Part shown: in pieces, positions 9,440 through 21,024 of the stretch
Layout: every line of letters starts with the position of its first letter
Numbering within the stretch: position 1 is the first letter of the stretch
Origin: Anaeramoeba ignava BMAN
Taxonomy: Eukaryota; Protista; Anaeramoebae
DNA: 64,000 nt
Direction: 5' to 3'
NCBI GenBank assembly: GCA_028826165.1
Contig: JAPDFW010000101.1
Span: 124,001 to 188,000, forward strand
Notes under the pieces: model-generated
Database searches by the model: none
The model's input: only the letters and a program-made list of their open reading frames with translations
Told to the model about the DNA's origin: nothing
Program-made: the position numbers and the translations under genes

Positions 9440-11300
9440 TTTAAAATAAATAAATTGATTTAAATTAAATAAATTGATCTAAATTAAATAAATTGATCTA
9501 AATTGATTTAAAATAAATAAATTGATTTAAAATAAATAAATTGATTTAAAATAAATAAATTGATTTGGAATAAATAAATTGAAATAAATTGATTTGGAAT
9601 AAATAAATTGAAATAAATTGAAATAAATTGATTTGGAATAAATAAATTGATTTAGAATAAATAAATTGATTTGGAATAAATAAATTAATTTAAATTAAAT
9701 AAATTGATTTAAAATAAATAAATTGATTTAAATTAAATAAATTGATTTAAATTAAATAAATTGAAATAAATTGATTTAAATTAAATAAATTGAAATAAAT
9801 TGATTTGGAATAAATAAATTGATTTGGAATAAATAAATTGATTTAAAATAAATAAATTGATTTGGAATAAATAAATTGATCTAAATTAAATAAATTGAAA
9901 TAAATTGATTTAAAATAAATAAATTGATTTAAAATAAATAAATTGATTTAAAATGATTTAAATTAAATAAATTGATTTAAAATAAATAAATTGATTTAAA
10001 ATAAATAAATTGATTTAAATTAAAATAAATTGAAATAAATTGATTTGGAATAAATAAATTGATTTGGAATAAATAAATTGAAATAAATTGATTTGAATTA
10101 ATAAATTGATTTGGAATAAATAAATTGATTTGGAATAAATAAATTGATTTAAAATAAATAAATTGATTTAAATCAAATAAATTGATTTGGAATAAATAAA
10201 TTGATTTGGAATAAATAAATTGATTTAAAATAAATAAATTGATTTAAATCAAATAAATTGATTTGGAATAAATAAATTGATTTGGAATAAATAAATTGAT
10301 TTAAAATAAATAAATTGATTTAAAATAAATAAATTGATTTAAAATAAATAAATTGATTTGGAATAAATAAATTGATTTGAAATAAATAAATTGATTTAAA
10401 TTAAATAAATTGATTTGGAATAAATAAATTGATTTGGAATAAATAAATTGATTTAAATTGATTTGGAATAAATAAATTGATTTGGAATAAATAAATTGAT
10501 TTAAAATAAATAAATTGATTTGAAATAAATAAATTGATTTGAAATAAATAAATTGATTTAAAATAAATAAATTGATTTGGAATAAATAAATTGATTTAAA
10601 TGAAATAAATCGATTTGGAATAAATAAATTGATTTAAAATAAATTGATTTAAATTGATTTAAATTAAATAAATTGATTTGGAATAAATAAATTGATTTAA
10701 ATTGATTTGGAATAAATAAATTGATTTAAATTGATTTGGAATAAATAAATTGATTTAAAATAAATAAATTGATTTAAATTAAATAAATTGATTTAAATTA
10801 AATAAATTGATTTGGAATAAATAAATTGATTTAAAATAAATAAATTGATTTGGAATAAATAAATTGATTTAAATTGATTTAAATTGATTTAAAATAAATA
10901 AATTGATTTAAAATAAATAAATTGATTTGGAATAAATAAATTGATTTAAAATAAATAAATTGATTTGGAATAAATAAATTAATTTGGAATAAATAAATTG
11001 AAATAAATTGATTTGAATTAATAAATTGATTTGGAATAAATAAATTGATTTAAATTAAATAAATTGATTTGAATTAAATAAATTGATTTAAATTGATTTA
11101 AATTGATTTAAATTAAATAAATTGATTTAAAATAAATAAATTGATTTGAAATAAATAAATTGATTTAAAATAAATAAATTGATTTAAATTAAATAAATTG
11201 ATTTAAATTAAATAAATTGATTTGGAATAAATAAATTGATTTAAAATAAATAAATTGATTTAAATTGATTTAAATTAAATGAATTGATTTAAATTAATTG
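9440..11300. repeat. ~19-bp minisatellite (GG/AA)AATAAATAAATTGATTT between divergent GH114 and Elongin C genes
   Basis: Directly visible 19-nt period with truncated variants. Confidence 0.95.
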
Positions 11301-11438
11301 ATTGAAAAAGGATTGAGAAATTTAATTCCACTTTTTGAAAATTAAAAAAAAAAAACTATAAAAAATAAAAATTTTTTTTTTTCATTTTTTCATTTTTTCA
11401 TTTTTTCATTTATTTTCATTTTTATATATTAAAATAAA

Positions 11439-11880
11439 ATGACAGAAAATTCAAACGAACAAATAATTGAAAATGATTCAAATGAAGAAACAATAACACT
11501 TGTAAGTTCAGATCAAAAAAACTTTCAAATACCAAAATCAGCAGCACTTCTTTCAGGAACAATTAAAACAATGTTAACAGGACCTGGTAATAAAAACAGA
11601 ATTAAAAACAAACAAAATTTAAAAATTAGAAAAAAAAGAAATTTTTAATTAAAATTTTTTTAACTGAAATTTTTTTAATTAAAATTTAAAAGGTAATTTT
11701 AAAGAACAACAAACAGGAATTATTAATTTACCAAAAATTAGAGGAGAAATTTTAGCAAAAGTTGTTGAATATTTACTTTATAAATTTAAATATGAAGATA
11801 CTCCTGAAAGACCTGAATTTAAAGTTGAAACTGAAACTGCTTTAGAACTTTTAATGGCTGCTCATTATTTGGAAGTTTAA
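11439..11880 (+). CDS. ELOC: Elongin C; exons 11439-11586 and 11693-11880
   Basis: Spliced product ...ITLVSSDQKNFQIPKSAALLSGTIKTMLTGPGNFKEQQTGIINLPKIRGEILAKVVEYLLYKFKY...PEFKVETETALELLMAAHYLEV; GT..AG intron 11587-11692. Confidence 0.92.
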
Positions 11881-13642
11881 TTTCCTTTTTTTTTCTTTCA
11901 TTTTAATTTCAATTTCCTTTTTTCTTAATTTTTTTTTTTTTTGCTTTTTTTTCTTTCTAAAAAAAATAAATGGAACCAAATTTATTTTTTTCATTTTTTT
12001 CTTTTTCTTTGTTTTCCTTTTTTTATTTACTTTTTACTTTTATTTGGATTGGTAAATAATTTAATTCAAAATTGATTTAAAATTGATTTAAAATTAATAT
12101 AAAATTAATATAAAATTGATTTAAAATTAATATAAAATTGATATAAAATTAATATAAAATTGATTTAAAATTAATATAAAATTGATTTAAAATTAATATA
12201 AAATTAATATAAAGTTGATATAAAATTGATATAAAATTAATATAAAATTAATATAAAATTGATATAAAGTTGATATAAAATTGATATAAAATTAATATAA
12301 AATTGATATAAAATTAATATAAAATTAATATAAAATTAATATAAAATTAATATAAAATTAATATAAAATTGATATAAAAATTAATATAAAAATTAATATA
12401 AAATTAATATAAAATTAATATAAAATTGATTTAAAATTAATATAAAATTAATATAAAATTAATATAAAATTAATATAAAATTAATATAAAATTGATATAA
12501 AATTAATATAAAAATTGATTTAAAATTAATTTAAAATTAATATAAAATTAATATAAAATTGATATAAAATTGATATAAAATTGATATAAAATTAATATAA
12601 AATTAATATAAAATTGATATAAAATTAATATAAAATTGATATAAAATTAATATAAAATTAATATAAAATTAATATAAAATTAATATAAAATTGATATAAA
12701 AATTAATATAAAATTGATATAAAATTAATATAAAATTAATATAAAATTAATATAAAATTGATATAAAATTAATATAAAATTAATATAAAATTAATTTTAA
12801 AATTGATATAAAATTGATATAAAAATTGATTTAAAATTAATATAAAATTGATATAAAATTGATATAAAATTGATTAAAATTAATATAAAATTAATATAAA
12901 ATTGATATAAAATTAATATAAAATTAATATAAAAATTAATATAAAATTAATATAAAATTGATATAAAATTGATATAAAATTGATTTAAAATTAATATAAA
13001 ATTAATATAAAATTGATATAAAATTGATATAAAATTAATATAAAAATTAATATAAAATTAATATAAAATTGATATAAATTAATAAATTAATATAAATTAA
13101 TATAAAATTAATATAAAATTAATTTAAAATTGATATAAAATTGATATAAAATTGATTTAAAATTAATATAAAATTAATATAAAATTAATATAAAATTGAT
13201 TTTAAAATTAATATAAAATTAATATAAAATTGATATAAAATTAATATAAAATTAATATAAAAATTAATATAAAATTGATATAAAATTGATTTAAAATTAA
13301 TATAAAATTAATATAAAATTAATATAAAATTCAATATAAAATTAATATAAAATTGATATAAATAAAAATTGATATAAAATTGATTTTAAAATTGATATAA
13401 AATTGATTTAAAATTAATTTAAAATTGATATAAAATTGATATAAAATTAATATAAAATTAATATAAAATTAATATAAAATTGATATAAAATTGATATAAA
13501 ATTAATATAAAATTGATATAAAATTGATATAAAATTGATTTAAAATTAATATAAAATTAATATAAAATTAATATAAAATTGATTTAAAATTAATATAAAA
13601 TTGATATAAAATTAATATAAAATTAATATAAAATTAATTATA

Positions 13643-15858
13643 CTGTAAACGTCGATCATATCGGCGAATCAGTCATATCGGCGAAAATAAATAAAAAATA
13701 AATGAAAAAAAAAAAAAAAATTTTTCTTGTTGTTTTTTATTCGTCAATGGTAACGTCAATCGAAGTTTTCCTTGTTGAAAAAGAAGACTTGATGAGATTT
13801 TTTTTGTTTGTTTAAAAGAAAAAAAAAAAAATCATTCATACCGTCGTTTTTTAATTAATTGAAGACAGAAAAAATTTCTTTTGAGAATTATTTTTGTCTT
13901 TAATTTGGAAGAGATTTGATTTAAAAAGAATTGTTGATTTGATTTATTTAATATCAGCTTTTAAAAAGAGTTTTCGAGCACTTTTTAAGCGTGTCATTTT
14001 GGTTTTTGTATTACGAGGAGAAATTATGGAAGGAGAAGACTTCTTTTGAGGAATTTGGGAATTGGATTTATCAAGAGTTTTTTCATTCTGGTTGGAAATA
14101 ATTTCAAATTTCATCCCACTCTTTTTGACTTGATAAAATAATTGAATTTGGAATCATGTCATTTTTGGATTTTTTCTTTTGAACTTCCCATTTGTTTTCT
14201 CTCTTTTGATGACTGAATTTTGAGAAGAACTGATAAACTTTTCTGCATGAGCTTCTTTTCTTTTTGTCGTGTTAAATGTGTTTTAGAAGAATTTTTTCTT
14301 TTTGGTTTCTCTTTTTTGGATGCTTTTCTTTTTTGCTTTCCAAGGAATTTGTTTTCTTCTTCTTTTTATATTGTTTCCTTTTTTTTCTCTCATATTTAGA
14401 ATTGGAATTAGAAGCTTCGATAAATAGTTCTAGACATTCACGATCAAAGCTGTCGATATTATCTCTAATTATTCCAGTTTTTCGAAAAGATCTTGCTACT
14501 GAATTTCCTTCCACTTGATCCCACATTTTCATGCAAGCTTTTGACACTTTTTCTCGCTTGATTTGTGCCGTATCCCCTCTTTTAATCCCCCCTTCGAAAT
14601 AACGTTGATACTTTACTTTCAGTTGACGGAATATCATTTTATCTAAGGGTTGGAGTTGTCCTGTTAGATTTGCCGGAATCATTTGGATCAAAACATGATG
14701 TTTTTCGGCAAGTGTCAAAAAATCTGGATCAAAATGAGCCTTAAAATTATCCATAAAAAGGGCACAAGGAGTTGCAACATTTTTTAAAAAGACTTCTTCG
14801 AACCATTTTTTCATAAGTACTTTAGTCATCCATGCTGCTTTATTAGCGTAAAAATAACCTTTTTTAATTGCAGATCTCATTTGTTTTTCTACTCTTGGTC
14901 CACCTTTGAAAATAAAAGTTAAGGGAAGCTTATACCCATCTCCGCCGATACATCCAACTACTGTACAACCTTCCTTGGGTGATCCATAATGATTCACATA
15001 CACTTCCTTTGCACCTTGTGGACTAATCGTTTTCTCAGGGGGATAAGAAAATCGAAAATTTGTTTCATCCATGTTATAAATAGATTGATAAGTATATACT
15101 GACATAATCTCTTCACACCTTTTATGAAATATTTCAGTTTCTTTTCTTGCATCGAAATCTTTGGGCAATGTTTGGTGAAGACAACTTTTTCTTAAAACCA
15201 GGTGAAATTTTTTCCTAAATCTTCGAACCCAACTTTCTGAGATTCGAGGAGCTCGTGATGGTAAAAATCTTTGCCAAGCTTCTCTAGCGAGATCTTTTGA
15301 GCTGATTGGAATGCCTGCTCTTCGATTATCAATTATCCACTCATAGAGCTGGAGCTGTTGATTTTCGGATAGTCGACTCTTATACTTCCTATTTGAATTC
15401 CTTTTTCCTGTATTTGTGTCCTCAATTCCCAATCCCCCTTCCAGCCAACGATGATAACGAGATGAGAGAGTAGTTCGTGGTATGTTTAAATCTTTCGCTA
15501 ATTTGCTGATAATTCCTCTTTTCCCACCTTCTATAGTTTGGAATAATTCCAGCCAATTGATACCCGAATATGCTCTTCTTGGCTTGATAATTTTAATTTC
15601 ATTTGAATTACCACTCTTTTTAGATTTCCGAACTCGAGCCATTTGACGTTATGATTGACGTTTTTCAGAACAATAAGAAAAAATGAAAATCCAAAAAATC
15701 CCCAAAAAAAAAAAATTTTTTTTTCTGTAAAAAAAAAAATTAACATAAATTTGATTATTAAAGAGACAAGCCTCTTCAAATATTTTCTTTATTTAATGAA
15801 ATTTCATCGATTAAAAAAAATTGGATTTCGTTTTCGCCGATATGTCCGACGTTTACAG
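13643..15858 (-). mobile_element. pogo/Fot1-like (Tc1/mariner superfamily) DNA transposon, 2216 bp, 26-bp TIRs, TA target-site duplication
   Basis: Left TIR CTGTAAACGTCGATCATATCGGCGAA (13643-13668); the right TIR reverse-complements to CTGTAAACGTCGGACATATCGGCGAA (15833-15858), 24/26 identical; TA at 13641-13642 and 15859-15860; encodes a transposase. Confidence 0.95.
14272..15642 (-). CDS. pogo-family transposase (HTH + CENP-B-like HTH + DDE_1; DD35D)
   Basis: LAKDLNIPRTTLS HTH; ISESWVRRFRKKF; catalytic motifs YNMDET, LFMDNFKAH and QLQPLD, with 35 residues between the second and third Asp; AWMT motif; basic C-terminal tail. Confidence 0.93.
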   Translation of the reverse strand: MARVRKSKKSGNSNEIKIIKPRRAYSGINWLELFQTIEGGKRGIISKLAKDLNIPRTTLSSRYHRWLEGGLGIEDTNTGKRNSNRKYKSRLSENQQLQLYEWIIDNRRAGIPISSKDLAREAWQRFLPSRAPRISESWVRRFRKKFHLVLRKSCLHQTLPKDFDARKETEIFHKRCEEIMSVYTYQSIYNMDETNFRFSYPPEKTISPQGAKEVYVNHYGSPKEGCTVVGCIGGDGYKLPLTFIFKGGPRVEKQMRSAIKKGYFYANKAAWMTKVLMKKWFEEVFLKNVATPCALFMDNFKAHFDPDFLTLAEKHHVLIQMIPANLTGQLQPLDKMIFRQLKVKYQRYFEGGIKRGDTAQIKREKVSKACMKMWDQVEGNSVARSFRKTGIIRDNIDSFDRECLELFIEASNSNSKYERKKRKQYKKKKKTNSLESKKEKHPKKRNQKEKILLKHI

Positions 15859-16255
15859 TAATATAAAATTAATTTAAAATTAATATAAAATTAATATAAA
15901 ATTAATATAAAATTGATATAAAATTAATATAAAATTAATATAAAATTGATATAAAATTAATATAAAATTAATATAAAATTAATATAAAATTGATATAAAA
16001 TTGATATAAAATTGATTTAAAATTAATATAAAATTAATATAAAATTAATATAAAATTGATATAAAATTAATATAAAATTAATATAAAATTAATATAAAAT
16101 TGATATAAAATTAATATAAAATTAATATAAAATTAATATAAAATTGATATAAAATTGATATAAAATTGATATAAAATTGATTTAAAATTGATATAAAATT
16201 AATATAAAATTAATATAAAATTAATATAAAATTGATATAAAATTAATTTAAAAGA

Positions 16256-17404
16256 ATGCAAAAATCAACTCCTTTTAGACCAATCGTTTTTGATAATGGT
16301 ACAGGTTTCTCTAAAATTGGATTCGCTGAAGATATGAGTCCACAATTCATAATTAGATCAATTGTTGGAAATGAAGATTACTTAGATAGATTAAATCAAC
16401 TAACTTCAAAAGAATTAAGTTTTAAACAATATTATATCCAAGAAGAAAGCATAATAAAAAGAAAGATTCTCATATTGAAATACCCAATAGAACAAGGAGT
16501 TATTACAAATTGGGATGATATGGAAACTCTTTGGAAATACTCTTTCGAAAATAAACTCAAAATTTCACCTGAAGAACATTCAGTTGTATTAACTGATTCA
16601 ATCAAAAACCCCAAAAAGAATAGAGAAAAAGCAATAGAAATCATGTTTGAAAAATTTGGAATCCAAAATTTTTATATTGAAAAACAACCAGTTCTACCAA
16701 TGATTCAAATGAAAAAGAAAACAGGAATTGTTGTTGATATTGGAGATTCAATTATTCAAATTGTCCCATTTTTTCAAGGAAAAATCATACTTAATGGAGT
16801 CAAAACAATCAATTTGGGAGGAAGAGATCTAACAAATTATATGGCAAAAATATTGACTGAAAAAGGATTCTCATTCATAACAGCATTCGAAAGAGAATTT
16901 GTTCGAGATATCAAAGAAACTCTTTGTTTTTCTTCAAGTGATTTTGATCTTGATTTGAAAATTGCAGAAGAAGAACCTCATCAATTCAATAAAGAATATG
17001 TACTCCCAGATGATACAAGTATTACCATTGGAAATGAAAGGTTTAGATGTCCTGAAGTTTTATTTCAACCCTATTTACTTCGAATTGAAGATCCAGGAAT
17101 TCATGAACAAATTTTTGAATCAATTATGAAATGCGATCAAAAAATCAGAAAAAATCTTTTTCAAAATATTATTTTATCAGGTTCTTCTTCAATGTTTCCT
17201 GGTTTTTCTGATAGACTTCAAAAAGAAATTTATCAACTTTGTCCCGAAAATACTGAAGTTAAAGTCATTGCTGATTCAATAAGAGATATTTCTGTTTGGG
17301 TTGGTGGTGCTTGTTTTGCTTTGGATAAAAACAATCAAAAATGGATTTCTAAAAAAAATTATCAAGATTCAGGAGTTTCAATAGTTCATCAAAAATGTCA
17401 ATGA
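16256..17404 (+). CDS. Divergent actin / actin-related protein, 382 aa
   Basis: IVFDNGTGFSKIGFA, LKYPIEQGVITNWDDME, GGRDLTNYM, EREFVRDIKETLC, IGNERFRCPEVLFQP, SVWVGG and IVHQKC; colinear with actin but heavily substituted. Confidence 0.92.
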   Translation: MQKSTPFRPIVFDNGTGFSKIGFAEDMSPQFIIRSIVGNEDYLDRLNQLTSKELSFKQYYIQEESIIKRKILILKYPIEQGVITNWDDMETLWKYSFENKLKISPEEHSVVLTDSIKNPKKNREKAIEIMFEKFGIQNFYIEKQPVLPMIQMKKKTGIVVDIGDSIIQIVPFFQGKIILNGVKTINLGGRDLTNYMAKILTEKGFSFITAFEREFVRDIKETLCFSSSDFDLDLKIAEEEPHQFNKEYVLPDDTSITIGNERFRCPEVLFQPYLLRIEDPGIHEQIFESIMKCDQKIRKNLFQNIILSGSSSMFPGFSDRLQKEIYQLCPENTEVKVIADSIRDISVWVGGACFALDKNNQKWISKKNYQDSGVSIVHQKCQ

Positions 17405-17533
17405 AAGAAACTATTTATTTATTTAAAGAAAAAATTATTCCAAAAAAAAATTTTTTTGCTTTTTTCCTTTTTTCCTTTTTTTTTTTTCATTTTTTTTTCA
17501 ACAAAAAAAACCTTCAAATTTATTCAATTCAAA

Positions 17534-18451
17534 ATGTTTAATTTATTAGATTTGCTTTTCAGAAAAGAAACTCTCTTTTTTATTATTGTTTTGTTTTTTA
17601 TTTTACTTCAAATTTTTTTAAACAAAACAAAAAAAAACACACAAAAAATCCAAAAAGAATTCAAAAATTTATTAAATCAAAAAGATGAGGAAATTAAAAA
17701 GAAAAATGAAGAAATTCAAAAGAAAGATGAAGAAATTGAGAAAATGAAATTAGAAATTGAAAAGAAAGATGAAGAAATTAAAAAACAAAATGAAAAAGAA
17801 AATGAAAATGAAAAAGAAAATGAAAAAGAAAATGAAAATGAAAATCAGTTATTGAATATTTTTTCAGATTCAGAAATTATTCAAGATATTGAATATGTTA
17901 AGAAATTACAAGAATGGATAAACGATAATGAATTCTTTTCTAAAATGAAATTGGGATTTTCAGCAAAAAGAGATGGATTTAATTGTAAAAAATGGCATTC
18001 AAAATGTGATAATAAAGGAAAAACATTAGTTATTATCAAAACAAATGATAATTTTATTTTTGGAGGTTTTACTCAAGTTGGATTTACAACTGATAAATCA
18101 AAATGGAGAGAAAAAGATAGAAAAGATGATTACGGATACATTATTGATTCAAATGCCTTTATTTTTTCATTAAGAAATGATAAAAATGATAGAAAACCTG
18201 ATCAATTCTCACTTCAGACAAGCAAACAAGAATTCCCAATTTTTTATCATTTAAATTACGGTCCAAGATTTGGATATGGATATGTTTCAGATTTTTCTTT
18301 GAATTCTAATTTGCGAACTGGTTGGTCAGATTTTGGTTATAGTTATAAATCTCCTAATGGAATTAATTGGGATACAAATGAAGCTAAAAGTTATTTAGCT
18401 GGTTCTTATGATAAATGGATTGTTGATGAAGTTGAAACTTATTTCATTTAA
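17534..18451 (+). CDS. N-terminal TM + coiled coil + TLDc domain protein (likely ATG at 17534)
   Basis: TLDc motifs FSAKRDGF...WHSKCDNKGKTLVIIKT..NFIFGGFT, DSNAFIFSL, YGPRFG and VDEVETY; hydrophobic LFFIIVLFFILLQIFL; the TTTTCATTTT motif lies upstream of 17534. Confidence 0.88.
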   Translation: MFNLLDLLFRKETLFFIIVLFFILLQIFLNKTKKNTQKIQKEFKNLLNQKDEEIKKKNEEIQKKDEEIEKMKLEIEKKDEEIKKQNEKENENEKENEKENENENQLLNIFSDSEIIQDIEYVKKLQEWINDNEFFSKMKLGFSAKRDGFNCKKWHSKCDNKGKTLVIIKTNDNFIFGGFTQVGFTTDKSKWREKDRKDDYGYIIDSNAFIFSLRNDKNDRKPDQFSLQTSKQEFPIFYHLNYGPRFGYGYVSDFSLNSNLRTGWSDFGYSYKSPNGINWDTNEAKSYLAGSYDKWIVDEVETYFI

Positions 18452-18624
18452 AAACTTTTTTTCCATTTTTTTTTCAAAATTGGATTTTATTTTAATTTAC
18501 TTTTAATCAAATTAAATTCTTCAAATCAATAAAATAAGAAACAAATCCGATTTTAAATAATTTCATTTTAATTTAAAAATATTATTAAAAATTTGATAAA
18601 AATTTAAATAATTATTATTTATTA

Positions 18625-18905
18625 AATATAAAAAATAAGAATAGATTTAATTTAATATTTAATTTATAAAATAATTTAAAAATATAATTTAATATTTAAT
18701 TTTATGTTTAAAATAATAATTTATTGTTTTAGATTTAAATATTTTATTATTTAAATATTTAACATAAAAATATAAAAAATGAGAATATATTTAATTTAAT
18801 ATTTAATTTATAAATTAATTTAAAAATATAATTTAATATTTAATTTTATGTTTAAAATAATAATTTAATGTTTTTAGATTTAAATATTTTATTATTTAAA
18901 AATAT
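18625..18905. repeat. Two tandem copies of a ~144-bp AT-rich unit
   Basis: TTTATGTTTAAAATAATAATTT recurs with its G at 18706 and 18850. Confidence 0.8.
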
Positions 18906-19277
18906 TTTGAAAATTGATTTTTTTGAAATTAAAATTTTATCTTTTTTTTGAATTAAATTGAATTAATATTAATTTGGAAATTTGTTTTTAAAATTTAAAT
19001 TTATTAATAATTTTTAAATTCCAAAAAAAAAATTAAATTAAAAATTAAATTAAAATAATTTTCCTTTTTTTTTAATAAAAAAAATTAATAAAAAATAATA
19101 ATAATTTATTAATAAATTAATTTAAAATAATAAATTAAAAAGAAAATTAAATTAATTATTAATTTAAATTTATTCTCATTTTTTATATAAATTTAATTCC
19201 CAAAAAAAGGAAAAAAAATATTTTTTTATTTTCATTTTTTTCATTTTTTTCCTTTTTTTTTAAACACAAAAAACAAA

Positions 19278-20885
19278 ATGGATAATAATAATGATAACCA
19301 AATTGAAAATGCAAATGAAATTGAAAATGAAAATCAAATTGAAAATGCAAATGAAAATCAAAATGAAATGAAAAATTTAGAAAAAAAAATAACAAAAAAT
19401 TTAATTAAAGATTATTCAAACCTTTTAAAAGGAAATTCATTTAAAGATTTTTCAATTTTTGTTGAGAATAAATCAAATCCTTTTGAAATTAAAGTTCATA
19501 AATCAATTTTATCTTCAAGATCTCCTTTTTTTAATGAGTCATTAAGACAAGAATCTCTTTCTATTTCTTTAAATCAATTTAATAAAAAAGAAATGGAATC
19601 AATTTTAAGTTATATTTATTATGGAAATATTTCTTTTGAGAATCAAGAAAATCTTATTCAATTATTGGAAATTTCAATTTATTTTAAATTAAATTTATTG
19701 AAAGAAATTATTCAAAAAAAAATTTCAAATTCAATTAATTATTCAAATTTTTTCCAATTTTTATTCCAAAATCGAAATTTAAATTCAAATGAAATTGAAT
19801 TAAAATGTTTTGAATTAATAAATCAAAATTTTTCCCAAATTCAAAATAATGAGAATTTATTCAATTTAACTAAAGAAGAAATTATCAAATTTATTCAATT
19901 TAAACAAGAAAAAAAAGAAATTTTCCAATTTGATTTTTTTCAATTTTTAAATAATTGGATTGAAAAAAGAAATAAAAGATTAAAATTAAAGAAATATGAA
20001 CAGAAAATGAATGCAAAGAAAAGATTATTTCATTCTTTTTTTTCATTATTTGATAAAGATTCAATTTCAAAACAAAATTTTGATAAATTAAAACAATTTG
20101 ATTTTTTTCTTCCAAATTCTTTTTTAGTTGATATTCAAACCCAAGTTATTCAAGACAATCAAAAAGAAAATAAACAAATGAAAAAGGAAATTGAAGATAA
20201 ATGGAAGAAAGAAAATCAACAAATGAAAATTGAAATTGAAGATAAATGGAAGAAAGAAATTGAGAAAATGAAACCTATTTTTGATAAATATGAAAAGAAA
20301 ATGAAAGATATCAAAAAGAATTTCCCTCAATTTTCAGATTCAGAAATTGTTAAAGATATTGAATATGTTAAGAAACTAAAAGAATGGATAAATGATAATG
20401 ATTTTTTTTCTAAAATGAAAAAAGGATTTTCAGCAAAAAGAGATGGATTTGATTGTAAAAAATGGCATTCAAAATGTGATAATAAAGGAAAAACATTAGT
20501 TATTATCAAAACAAAAGATAATTTTATTTTTGGAGGATTTACTCAAGTTGGATTTAGAGGAAATTATGATAATTACATTCATGATTCAAATGCATTTATT
20601 TTTTCATTAAGAAATGATAAAGGAGATAGAACTCCTGAAAATTTTTCAATTAAACAAGGTCAAGAAAGCTATGCACTTGTTGATAATTCAAATCTTGGTC
20701 CAATTTTTGGTTATGGTCGGAGAGATTTGAATTTAAATTATAATTTACAACCTGGTCATTCAGATTTTGGTTCTAGTTATAATCTACCTAATGGAATTAA
20801 TTATGGAACAAATGAAGCTAAAAGTTATTTAGCTGGTTCTTATGATAAATGGGTTGTTGATGAAGTTGAATCTTATTTCATTTAA
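19278..20885 (+). CDS. BTB + BACK-like + coiled coil + TLDc domain protein
   Basis: BTB (FKDFSIFV...IKVHKSILSSRSPFF...ILSYIYYG); C-terminal TLDc domain very similar to that of the 17534 gene. Confidence 0.9.
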   Translation: MDNNNDNQIENANEIENENQIENANENQNEMKNLEKKITKNLIKDYSNLLKGNSFKDFSIFVENKSNPFEIKVHKSILSSRSPFFNESLRQESLSISLNQFNKKEMESILSYIYYGNISFENQENLIQLLEISIYFKLNLLKEIIQKKISNSINYSNFFQFLFQNRNLNSNEIELKCFELINQNFSQIQNNENLFNLTKEEIIKFIQFKQEKKEIFQFDFFQFLNNWIEKRNKRLKLKKYEQKMNAKKRLFHSFFSLFDKDSISKQNFDKLKQFDFFLPNSFLVDIQTQVIQDNQKENKQMKKEIEDKWKKENQQMKIEIEDKWKKEIEKMKPIFDKYEKKMKDIKKNFPQFSDSEIVKDIEYVKKLKEWINDNDFFSKMKKGFSAKRDGFDCKKWHSKCDNKGKTLVIIKTKDNFIFGGFTQVGFRGNYDNYIHDSNAFIFSLRNDKGDRTPENFSIKQGQESYALVDNSNLGPIFGYGRRDLNLNYNLQPGHSDFGSSYNLPNGINYGTNEAKSYLAGSYDKWVVDEVESYFI

Positions 20886-21024
20886 AAACTTTTTTTCCAT
20901 TTTTTTTTCAAAATTGGATTTTATTTTAATTTACTTTTAATCAAATTAAATTCTTTAAATTAATAAAATAAGAAACAAAAAATTAAAAATTATTATTAAA
21001 AATTATTAAAATTATTCAGTTATC

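Larger units (their letters stand above)
12060..16250 (+). repeat. 11-bp satellite AAAATT(A/G)AT(A/T)T, interrupted by a transposon; probably fills a 5'UTR intron (12052-16254)
   Basis: 11-nt period at 12060-13640 and 15861-16250; flanked by GTAAAT at 12052 and AAAG at 16251-16254. Confidence 0.93.

Noticed and set aside
9440-11300. Possible CRISPR array or telomeric repeat
   Set aside because: No unique spacers, no cas genes, eukaryotic context; internal location and degenerate 19-mer rather than a G-rich telomere unit.
11970-12051. Upstream ATG giving a coding first exon for the actin-like gene
   Set aside because: Splicing 12051 to 16255 puts it out of frame with ATG 16256, and this ATG lies upstream of the initiator-like motif; treated as non-coding.
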